Assembly: GCA_035400625.1 (NCBI GenBank)
Contig: DAOMZT010000002.1
Span: 60,001-92,000 of the forward strand
DNA length: 32,000 nucleotides
DNA from: an archaeon
GTDB lineage: Archaea > Iainarchaeota > Iainarchaeia > Iainarchaeales > CSSED10-239
Direction of reading: 5' to 3'
Positions 20,394 through 28,129 of the stretch are shown here, piece after piece. Both the position numbers and the translations under genes were made by a program. The notes under the pieces were generated by a model. It was not told where the DNA came from. It ran no database searches and saw nothing but the letters and a program-made list of their open reading frames with translations. Each line of letters opens with the position of its first letter. The stretch's first letter is position 1.

Positions 20394-23171
20394 TTATTTT
20401 CCTGCCCAAACATAGGTATCTGCAAGATATCTTGTTATGCTTGTTACATAACTATCGTGTCCATTCCATGTTTTTGCAACTTGTGCAAATGATTTGTTTT
20501 TATATATGTTTGGACTATTTGTTGTGCCTTTATCTAAATTTAAATAAAATGCCTCTATTCCTTGTTCAAGTGTTGGATAAGAACAATATTTAGAACCCAC
20601 AACTTTTTTACCCCCACATCTACAAACCCTTGTAACTCCAGAAATATCATTATGAGATATCAATGTTTGAGTAACACTTCCTGAATTTTGGTTATATAAA
20701 GATTTTTCTGCTCTGAAAAATGCTAAAGAATATACAGGATCTACATTATATAATAAACCCAAATTGTAAAATGCTGGCGAAGCATCTTTTACTTTTTGTG
20801 GAATATTTAATGACGGTCTATTAAATACATTCTTTATTTGATCAACAGTTAAACTAGGATCATCGTCTGTTCCGTTACTTGTGCCTGGAAAGACAATACT
20901 GCTTTTTGTTCTTTTCCCAGCAAATTGTTGTTTATTAATACCTATTCCACCTTCTTGTCTTATTTTTGCTAATGTTTCTGGATTGGTTGTATAACAACCA
21001 TCTGCTCCTTTTGCTAATGTGGTATCTTGACTTACTGGAGGTGTAGGTGTTGCTGGTGGAGTTTCTAAAGGTGGCTTAGGAGTTGCTGGTGGAGTTTCTA
21101 AAGGTGGCTTAGGCGATGTTGGTGCTACAGGTATTGCATCTACAGGTATTCCTGATACACCATCTAATTTACTTGGATCAAAGTCCCATCTATCTATACA
21201 ACTTCCTGGAACTTTACAATCATATCCTTTACAATAGAAATTTACTATGTTTCTATTTATCTCACATAATTGATATATTGATTGAGCATTATAATCTAAA
21301 TTATATAAATTTGTATATGTTAAATTAATTAATGAACCATCATCTGATAACTGCATAAATATTAAAACAAACTTGTCATTAACATTAGGAGCTATTGAAA
21401 ACTTGAAAGTTTTATCAGAACCCATTGTATACTTCATAGCAGCAGGGCTTGTCGCTAGAGTATTAGAATTTACTGTAAAATTTGTTTGCAAAGTATAGTC
21501 TTTAAATTCTCCTGTTGATTTAATATTTGCCAAATAACCATATATCTTATCAGATTGATCAGGAGTTGCTATAATTGCATAAACAGGTCGAGTATAATTT
21601 AAGCTTGATAGATTTACACTTATTTCTTTTTTGTTATTTCTATAATCTATTAGGTATGCTTCTTGATCATTTACTTTTCTTGCCTTATATTGTGTAGCTG
21701 TAGTTGTGCTATAACTAATATCTGGGATTGAGGAATATACAGTGAAATCCAAGTTGACTTGTTGTGGAGCAACAGGTTCTACTTGCTCTTCTGTCGTATC
21801 CGACCCAACATCACTTGGAGCACTTGGCACATCATTTATGCTTGGTGGTTGTTGACCAATATCATTGCGATTTTTACAAATGTCATTTTTGAATTTTGTT
21901 ATTTCCAACTCATCTATTTTTAAATTCAATAATAATTCTGCTGTATTTAATGGCGCACCATACAATTTTGCTTTTGCTATGCTTATATATATCTCTAATG
22001 CTCTTGTTTTGTTTTTTAGTTCAGAAAAGGTAATTTCCTCTATATTGCCTGTTTCTTTATAACATAACCTATAGGTGTAATCATCTACACAGTAATATAG
22101 AACTTTATTTTCTCCATTATATTTTATTTTTTTAGTTAAAGCAGACCATAATGGATCATAATCAGATTCTACAAAATTATCAGGACATTTATTTATCATT
22201 GAATCTTCATTTTTAATATTTAATGAAGCTACTTTATAACCAGCCTCTATGTTCGGTCCACTAAACATATTATTTTTAGTAAGAGTTAAAGTGACATCTT
22301 CTTTAAACCCATCTACTGTATCTGTTGTAGTATTTACTATTACTTTTCCTGTTGTTATAAGACCATCTAAAGGTAAAAAAGTAATTTTCAAAAATATTCT
22401 TGGAGCACTTGTATGTGAATGAACAGTTTCTTTAACTAAATTTTCAAATCCATTTCTCACAAAGTTCAAACCAGTTTTAAAAAATAAACCTATCTTTTTC
22501 AAAACATTATCATCAACTCTTTCATATCCTGAGTTGTCTGATGACATAGTTTGGGTCGCTTTATTTCCTATCCACCCAGTTTTTGAAGAAAAATTATCTG
22601 TTGAATATTTTGTTATATATAGTGCTACTCTATCATATTTAGACAGATCGTTTATTGATAATTGTGATATAATTCTGTCAGTTGAAATTTTAAAAGAAAT
22701 ATCATCTGATTGTGGTTCAGACAATACACCAAATAATGCAACAGTGTCAGAATCATTAAATAATTTACTGTTTTTACATGAACTTTGTAATGCTGTACTT
22801 CCATAGTTTAATATACAATAAGATTTGTTTTTAATTATGTTTTTAATAGTGCTTTTATCATACATTAAGTCAGACATCTTATTTGTTATTCTATTTTCAC
22901 TATCTGTTTTGCTATTATAAAAAACTATTGCATAATAATGGACATCTTTAGTACATTCCCCTGTAATCCCAGAAATTAGATAATCACTATCTATACTGAG
23001 AGATTTTACCCTTAAACCAACTTCATTTGAATTCAAATTTTCGTAATCAACAACTGTTTTCCACATTTTTTCATTTTCACAAGCAAATAATGGATTAGCA
23101 ATTAAAATTATTAACATTATTATAAGAAAAAATTTAAATCTATTGATATGCATAATATTTTTTGAATTCAT
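20394..23171 (-). CDS. Secreted (possibly lipid-anchored) 925-aa protein with a Pro/Thr-rich linker and a C-terminal lysozyme-like (GH73 / N-acetylglucosaminidase-like) domain
   Basis: The signal peptide ends LFAC, which is lipobox-like. The middle module (~21170..21770) is homologous to the N-terminal part of the 470-aa protein (VLIFMQ(F/L)SDD, FYCKG..C.V..SC(L/I)DRWDFD). The C-terminus has YSLAFFRAEKS (Glu822, codon 20706..20708), ISHNDISGV and YCSYPTLEQGIEAFYLNL. These follow the GH73-type pattern ES...NN.FGI...Y.S..ESI.DY..LL. Confidence 0.6.
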   Translation of the reverse strand: MNSKNIMHINRFKFFLIIMLIILIANPLFACENEKMWKTVVDYENLNSNEVGLRVKSLSIDSDYLISGITGECTKDVHYYAIVFYNSKTDSENRITNKMSDLMYDKSTIKNIIKNKSYCILNYGSTALQSSCKNSKLFNDSDTVALFGVLSEPQSDDISFKISTDRIISQLSINDLSKYDRVALYITKYSTDNFSSKTGWIGNKATQTMSSDNSGYERVDDNVLKKIGLFFKTGLNFVRNGFENLVKETVHSHTSAPRIFLKITFLPLDGLITTGKVIVNTTTDTVDGFKEDVTLTLTKNNMFSGPNIEAGYKVASLNIKNEDSMINKCPDNFVESDYDPLWSALTKKIKYNGENKVLYYCVDDYTYRLCYKETGNIEEITFSELKNKTRALEIYISIAKAKLYGAPLNTAELLLNLKIDELEITKFKNDICKNRNDIGQQPPSINDVPSAPSDVGSDTTEEQVEPVAPQQVNLDFTVYSSIPDISYSTTTATQYKARKVNDQEAYLIDYRNNKKEISVNLSSLNYTRPVYAIIATPDQSDKIYGYLANIKSTGEFKDYTLQTNFTVNSNTLATSPAAMKYTMGSDKTFKFSIAPNVNDKFVLIFMQLSDDGSLINLTYTNLYNLDYNAQSIYQLCEINRNIVNFYCKGYDCKVPGSCIDRWDFDPSKLDGVSGIPVDAIPVAPTSPKPPLETPPATPKPPLETPPATPTPPVSQDTTLAKGADGCYTTNPETLAKIRQEGGIGINKQQFAGKRTKSSIVFPGTSNGTDDDPSLTVDQIKNVFNRPSLNIPQKVKDASPAFYNLGLLYNVDPVYSLAFFRAEKSLYNQNSGSVTQTLISHNDISGVTRVCRCGGKKVVGSKYCSYPTLEQGIEAFYLNLDKGTTNSPNIYKNKSFAQVAKTWNGHDSYVTSITRYLADTYVWAGK
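21049..21114. repeat. Tandem 33-bp repeat, 2 copies, encoding PKPPLETPPAT twice
   Basis: 21049..21081 and 21082..21114 differ only at the last base. The repeat is in frame in the Pro/Thr linker of the 925-aa CDS. Confidence 0.9.
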
Positions 23172-23486
23172 TTTTATTCCTTCTTTTTTTAATTTGATTA
23201 CCTTTTTTGATTTATTCTTTTTTAATTATCTTTTTTGATTTGATTACTTTCTTTTTTATCTAAATTAATTTCTTAACATTAATTGTTGTTATTGTGAGTT
23301 TTTGTAATATATTATAAGAATATAACCTTTATAAATATATCTAAATGGATTCGATAATTTGACTGGTTTTTAAAAGACTCCCTTTTTATTTACTTAAAAA
23401 GGATATTAAAACTTGTCGGTCAATAAATATATTATATCCATATATATGTTTTCTTGTTTTAAAACTTGCTAAGAGGTGAAACTACA

Positions 23487-24449
23487 ATGATTGAAATTCT
23501 AAAATTTTCAGAATCTGGCATTCAAAGACTTAAAAAACCAAAAAAAGATGCATGGATAAATGTAGTTAACCCCGATGCCTACGAAATAAAGTACTTGGCA
23601 GAAATCTGGAAAATCAAAGAAGTAGATTATCAAGAGTTTAAAGATGATATTAATTCCTTACAAGATATGGAAGAAATACCATACATGGAGAAATACAAAC
23701 GAGAATATTTTATAATTACTAGAACACCACACAAACTAAAATCAACAGACCCAGAAAGTAAATATAAATCTGCTGCTGAATATATTACAATACCTTTAGG
23801 AATAATGATTAATAAAGATTACATTATTACTATAAGCTTTAGAGAAAATGAAAATGTGGATATCTTAAAAACAAAGAAATTTAAACATGAAAAGGCAATG
23901 GTTCTTCTTAATCTGCTTTTGGTTTCCTCAAAAACATATATCAAATATCTAAAAGAAATAGATACAAAGATTAAAGCAATTGAAGAAAAGTTTGAAAGCG
24001 TTCAGAGAAACAAAGAAATTTCTGATCTTTTAGATCTTAAAAAATCACTTGTTTATTTTAATACTTCTTTGCAGAGCGATCAAATACTTCTAGAGAAGAT
24101 CGAAAGAAATAAAGATTTTGTTAATTCAGAAGATGATAAAGATGTTATTGATGATGTAATTGATGAAAATAAACAAGCAATTGTAGTTACTGAAATATAT
24201 AATAACATTATTGAAGATGCAACTAATCGTTTTAATTCTGTAATTTCTAATAATCTTAACAAAACCTTAAAATTACTGACTTCTATTACAGTTGTTATTA
24301 CAATACCAACAGTAATTTCAAGCATCTACGGCATGAATGTTAGTTTGCCACTTGAACATCATAAATATGCTTTTATTATTATCATGGGATTAACTGTTAT
24401 TCTTTCAACATTGTGTGTATTGATACTTTGGAAATATGATATGTTCTAA
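23487..24449 (+). CDS. corA: CorA-family magnesium/cobalt transporter
   Basis: The GMN signature appears in SSIYGMNVSLP between two C-terminal transmembrane helices. The ORF top codon is TTG at 23466. The ATG at 23487 is preceded by GAGGTGA (23473..23479), which is the more likely start context. Confidence 0.85.
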   Translation: MIEILKFSESGIQRLKKPKKDAWINVVNPDAYEIKYLAEIWKIKEVDYQEFKDDINSLQDMEEIPYMEKYKREYFIITRTPHKLKSTDPESKYKSAAEYITIPLGIMINKDYIITISFRENENVDILKTKKFKHEKAMVLLNLLLVSSKTYIKYLKEIDTKIKAIEEKFESVQRNKEISDLLDLKKSLVYFNTSLQSDQILLEKIERNKDFVNSEDDKDVIDDVIDENKQAIVVTEIYNNIIEDATNRFNSVISNNLNKTLKLLTSITVVITIPTVISSIYGMNVSLPLEHHKYAFIIIMGLTVILSTLCVLILWKYDMF

Positions 24450-24485
24450 GTAACAAATATCAGATACTAGAAAAAGAAAAAATAT

Positions 24486-24522
24486 TACCCTGTGTTTTTT
24501 GTTTTCTGGTTTTCACAGGGTA
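24486..24522. terminator. Perfect 9-bp stem hairpin (TACCCTGTG ... CACAGGGTA) with a T-rich loop, between convergent genes
   Basis: Stem arms are at 24486..24494 and 24514..24522, with a 19-nt T-rich loop. It is located between the corA stop (24449) and the stop of the minus-strand gene (24533). It is a candidate bidirectional terminator or RNA-stability element. Confidence 0.45.
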
Positions 24523-24532
24523 AAATATAATT

Positions 24533-25021
24533 TTATTGCCCTTTAAAAAGAACAACCATGTCTTTTTGCTTCTGGAATAGGTATATTGATAAGAAAAGAA
24601 TAAACCCATAGAAAGCAAACAGAATTAAAGATATTAATCCTGCAACAGGCGCAGTAAATAAAAGAACAATTGATGGAATCACTCCTGCAATTACAAATAA
24701 TACTGCAAAGATGTATAAAGGAATTAATACCATAATTCTTGCATAATTTTTATATTTTCCAAAACCGTATGCAACTATAAATGAATAAATTGCAAAAACT
24801 AGCATCATAATCCCCACAAAACCCATCGCTGGACCTGCAACGCTATTTGCTTCTCCCATTTCAGAAAACAAAGGGCTTGCTGATGTTAAAGAATTTAGCA
24901 TTGTTGGCGCAATTAAAAATAATAGCCCAAAAATTGCAAAGATTGCTCCTGCCCCCCAATGGGAAAAAGAAACTATTTTTGCAATATATTGACTTAAAGA
25001 TAACTCTCCTAGTTTTTTCAT
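24533..25021 (-). CDS. Integral membrane protein (about 4 helices), function unknown
   Basis: 162 aa and strongly hydrophobic throughout. I recognise no motif. Confidence 0.5.
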   Translation of the reverse strand: MKKLGELSLSQYIAKIVSFSHWGAGAIFAIFGLLFLIAPTMLNSLTSASPLFSEMGEANSVAGPAMGFVGIMMLVFAIYSFIVAYGFGKYKNYARIMVLIPLYIFAVLFVIAGVIPSIVLLFTAPVAGLISLILFAFYGFILFLSIYLFQKQKDMVVLFKGQ

Positions 25022-25069
25022 AAATTTCCCCCTTTTTATAATTTATATTAATTTAATGTAACTTTTAGT

Positions 25070-25840
25070 TTAAATAACTTTCTTTTTTCCAGAAACAAAG
25101 AATATTGTCTTCTTTTCGATTAGATTTGCAATTTCTAGTTTTTCGTTTTTTATGTTTTTGTAGCCAAGTAAAGAAACATTGTTTTCTTTAAACCAGCCTT
25201 TTACTTCTCTTAATGTGTGATAGCTTTCATGTGGCACAGCATAACGATCATAAAGAGTGGATTTTGGTGCTCTTATATTTTTGTTTATCTTGTAAACAAA
25301 ATCAATTATTTTATCAGGGTCCTTGGAAACTAGATGATGAAGCAAAAACCTGTGTAAACGATATTTGGCTCTGGAGTGTTTGTGATATAAACCAATAATG
25401 ATGATGCCGTTTTGCTTTAGCTGTCCAAGAATTAATGCAAATGCTTTTTTTGGATTTTCTGTATGATGAAGCACACCAAGAGAAACAATAATATCAAATT
25501 TTCCAAGATCAGAAAGATTATCTTTTAAAATGTCTTTTTCTTTAAAAACTATGTTTTTAACTTTGTCTTTATTTACCTTTTTTCTTGCCTCTTCAAGCTG
25601 ACCCTTAGAAAAGTCAATAGCAACAACTTCTTTTGCTCCTGCTTTTGCAAAAAAAATAGATTTCTCACCAGTGCCACAACCTGCATCAAGTATTCTCTTG
25701 CCTTTCAGGTCTTTTTCTTTTAAACCAGCAATCCTTAATATACCTAATATTATTTTTTTGTTTGTTCTTTTCTGATTAGAAGTATATTGATTAGCCTTGG
25801 GATATTGGTATTTATTATAGAACTCTTTTATTTCTTGCAT
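25070..25840 (-). CDS. Class I SAM-dependent methyltransferase
   Basis: Motif I in RILDAGCGTGEKSIFFAKAGAKEVVAIDFS. The post-I acidic residue and motif II-like FDIIVSLGVLHH are also present. Confidence 0.8.
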   Translation of the reverse strand: MQEIKEFYNKYQYPKANQYTSNQKRTNKKIILGILRIAGLKEKDLKGKRILDAGCGTGEKSIFFAKAGAKEVVAIDFSKGQLEEARKKVNKDKVKNIVFKEKDILKDNLSDLGKFDIIVSLGVLHHTENPKKAFALILGQLKQNGIIIIGLYHKHSRAKYRLHRFLLHHLVSKDPDKIIDFVYKINKNIRAPKSTLYDRYAVPHESYHTLREVKGWFKENNVSLLGYKNIKNEKLEIANLIEKKTIFFVSGKKKVI

Positions 25841-25877
25841 CTTTTCCCTATATTAAAAGAATAAAATAATTTAGATA

Positions 25878-27026
25878 CTATCTCTTCTTTTTTCTAGCAA
25901 TCTCCAAAATCTTTCTTTTATATAACTCATACTTTGGCTGTAGAGATAACAAATACCAACCAAATCCTAAACTCCCAAAATGCAAAAGAACATTTGTAGC
26001 ATTCACATCAAATTTAGCACCTTTTTCTACATATGGTAAAATATTTGGATTGTGGGTTTCTATACTTTTTGTTAATCTATTTAATCCGTTTACAATTTCA
26101 GGATTATTACCAAATCTAGTAACAAATTCATCAACAGTTAAACGTGACAAAAATCTTAATTTTGCTGAATCGCTTACTTCTTGCATAGCCTTACTAACCT
26201 CTAATGTAAATTTATTATTTGTTCTTAAATTTTTTACTAAGTCTGCATATATTTTGTCAAGTTGTGCTTTTTCAGAAGGTCGTAGGTTTTTATAAACATA
26301 TCTTAATTCCACATTATCGAATTTCTGATTAGAAATTTTCTCTCCATTCCAAAAAAACACCTCTCCAGGTCCAGCAGTTTTATTCAATTCAATTACTTTT
26401 CTTCTAATAACTTCTTCTAATCTTCCATAATTTGCCTTTTGTTTATTTAAAATTATATTTGCTCTTTTCGCATCCATCTCCACATATACAATTTTATTTT
26501 GTTTTTCATCCAAAAAATATACTTTTTTTTTATTATTTTTATTTCCAAAGGTTTTCAATCGTGAATTTTCCCTTGCATTTAACTCTGTAAGTCTTTTACT
26601 AACAGACTTAACTTCAGGGATAGTGTGGTGTTGTGCATTAGACAAATGCTTTTGTGTAAAATGAGGCTCTGTAACAGAACGCACGGTTTTATCTATTGGA
26701 GCTGCTGATGTTGCAAGTGCTCCGATAAATAAAGCTGCTGATGCGCCTTTTTTAATATTGCCTTTTGCTTTGTTAATTTTCCAACGCAAAGCTCTCATTC
26801 TAGCAGCTGTTCTTTTACTACTCATAGTTCCTGTTCTACCTGCAATTGTGCTACTATTTACATTTCCTGTTCTACCTGTCGCTATTCTTCCAGCACCACC
26901 TGTAGAAACTCTATTCATATTTCCTGCTTTGCGTGTAATAATCCCCCTGCCACCCACTACCTTGCCACCCATAGTTATTTTTGTTGGTGATTTTAGTCTA
27001 TATCTTGGCATTGGTTTTGGTGGCAT
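25878..27026 (-). CDS. Unknown double-anchored membrane protein, paralog A (Gly/Arg-rich repetitive N-terminus)
   Basis: I moved the start to the second ATG (MPPKPMPRY) by analogy with paralog B (MPPKYRQR). Both have the same AGGT-N8-ATG context. Organisation is a basic N-terminus, a TM helix (ASAALFIGALATSAAPI), a ~250-aa conserved domain, a C-terminal TM helix and a basic tail. Confidence 0.6.
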   Translation of the reverse strand: MPPKPMPRYRLKSPTKITMGGKVVGGRGIITRKAGNMNRVSTGGAGRIATGRTGNVNSSTIAGRTGTMSSKRTAARMRALRWKINKAKGNIKKGASAALFIGALATSAAPIDKTVRSVTEPHFTQKHLSNAQHHTIPEVKSVSKRLTELNARENSRLKTFGNKNNKKKVYFLDEKQNKIVYVEMDAKRANIILNKQKANYGRLEEVIRRKVIELNKTAGPGEVFFWNGEKISNQKFDNVELRYVYKNLRPSEKAQLDKIYADLVKNLRTNNKFTLEVSKAMQEVSDSAKLRFLSRLTVDEFVTRFGNNPEIVNGLNRLTKSIETHNPNILPYVEKGAKFDVNATNVLLHFGSLGFGWYLLSLQPKYELYKRKILEIARKKKR

Positions 27027-27075
27027 AATCATTTACCTCTTTTTTTGTTTTTATTTTTCTCCTATAATTCTTATA

Positions 27076-28044
27076 TTATTTCTTCTTCCTTCTAGAATAG
27101 GCCTTAATTTGTCCCCACAGAGATAATAAACCTATGGCAGTTACTGAACCTGCACCAACTGCATTTATAGTGCCATCTATTCCAGATTCTCTCTGTACAA
27201 ATTTCAGAACTTCTCTTGAATTTCTTGGGTTTTTTGGGTCTTCTTTATAGATTTCTAAACTTTTTATTACCTCATTTAATCCTCTTATAATTTTAGGATT
27301 ATTACCAAATCTAGTAGCAAATTCTTCAACAGATAAACTAGCTAAATAATTTACTCTGGCAGTATCGTTTAGTTCCCCCATTTTAATAGCAACTTCGCCT
27401 GAAAATTTATCATTTGTTTTAACATCTTTTATAATTTCTTTGTATATACTATCTAGCTTAGCCTTTTCAGATGCATATAGTTTATCATATACATTTCTTA
27501 ATTTTGCAACACCTAAATCAATCTTAGTAATTTCTTTTCCATCCCAAAAAAACACTTCTTCAGGTCTTGCTTTTTTATTTAATTCTGTTACTTTCTTTTC
27601 TACAACACCATCTATTCTTTTAGAATTGGCAATTTGTTTTTTCTCAATTTCCATTGCTTTTTTAGCATCCATTTCTACAACTATAATTTTATTTTGTTTT
27701 TCATCCAAATAATGTAGCTTTCTTTTAATATCTTTATTTTTACTTTTTTGTAATTTTTGTGAATATTCTCTTCTAGCTTTGGCATTTAACTCTCCAATTC
27801 TTTCACTTACTGACTTGATTTCAGTAAGATAATTGCCTTTTGCTAAAATTAAATTTCTATTAATGCTATGCGATCTTACTGCTGATTTCGCAGCCTTACC
27901 TACAAAATAAGGAGTAGTTGCTATTGTTCCGATAAGTGCTGCAGTTGCTACTTTTTTCCCAAATTTTGTGGGTCTCTTTATTTTATTACCTAATTTGGAT
28001 CTTTGTTTTCCCAAATTTATTCTTTGTCTATATTTTGGTGGCAT
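27076..28044 (-). CDS. Unknown double-anchored membrane protein, paralog B
   Basis: It is collinear with paralog A over the central domain (KSVS.R..ELNA, YLDEKQNKI..VEMDAK, EVFFW.G.EI, SEKA.LD.IY, FGNNP.I..GLN). It has the same N-terminal MPPK start and TM/TM architecture. Confidence 0.6.
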   Translation of the reverse strand: MPPKYRQRINLGKQRSKLGNKIKRPTKFGKKVATAALIGTIATTPYFVGKAAKSAVRSHSINRNLILAKGNYLTEIKSVSERIGELNAKARREYSQKLQKSKNKDIKRKLHYLDEKQNKIIVVEMDAKKAMEIEKKQIANSKRIDGVVEKKVTELNKKARPEEVFFWDGKEITKIDLGVAKLRNVYDKLYASEKAKLDSIYKEIIKDVKTNDKFSGEVAIKMGELNDTARVNYLASLSVEEFATRFGNNPKIIRGLNEVIKSLEIYKEDPKNPRNSREVLKFVQRESGIDGTINAVGAGSVTAIGLLSLWGQIKAYSRRKKK

Positions 28045-28129
28045 AATTATCTACCTTTTTTTTAATTTTCTACAATCTAAAAGTAAAAGAACAAAACACT
28101 TTATATTTGTTTTCTTTTTTAATCAGTAT

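Noticed and set aside
23070-23171. Lipoprotein call for the 925-aa protein from the LFAC string at the end of its signal peptide
   Set aside because: Phe at -2 is atypical for a lipobox, and archaeal lipoprotein processing is poorly defined. I kept it only as a possibility in the feature description.
23172-23486. T-rich imperfect direct repeats in the 315-bp divergent spacer (for example ATTTGATTAC at 23192..23201 and 23248..23257, each next to TCTTTTTT runs)
   Set aside because: This is low-complexity, AT-only sequence with just two short copies, compatible with chance or promoter-leader composition. I could not support a structured RNA or a defined operator.
27968-28129. N-terminal extension of the AsnB-like/Dph6 ORF as listed in the ORF track
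   Set aside because: The extension starts on a non-ATG codon, overlaps the 5' end of the divergent gene 27076..28044 and translates to low-complexity hydrophobic sequence. The ATG at 28130 gives a sensible N-terminus.
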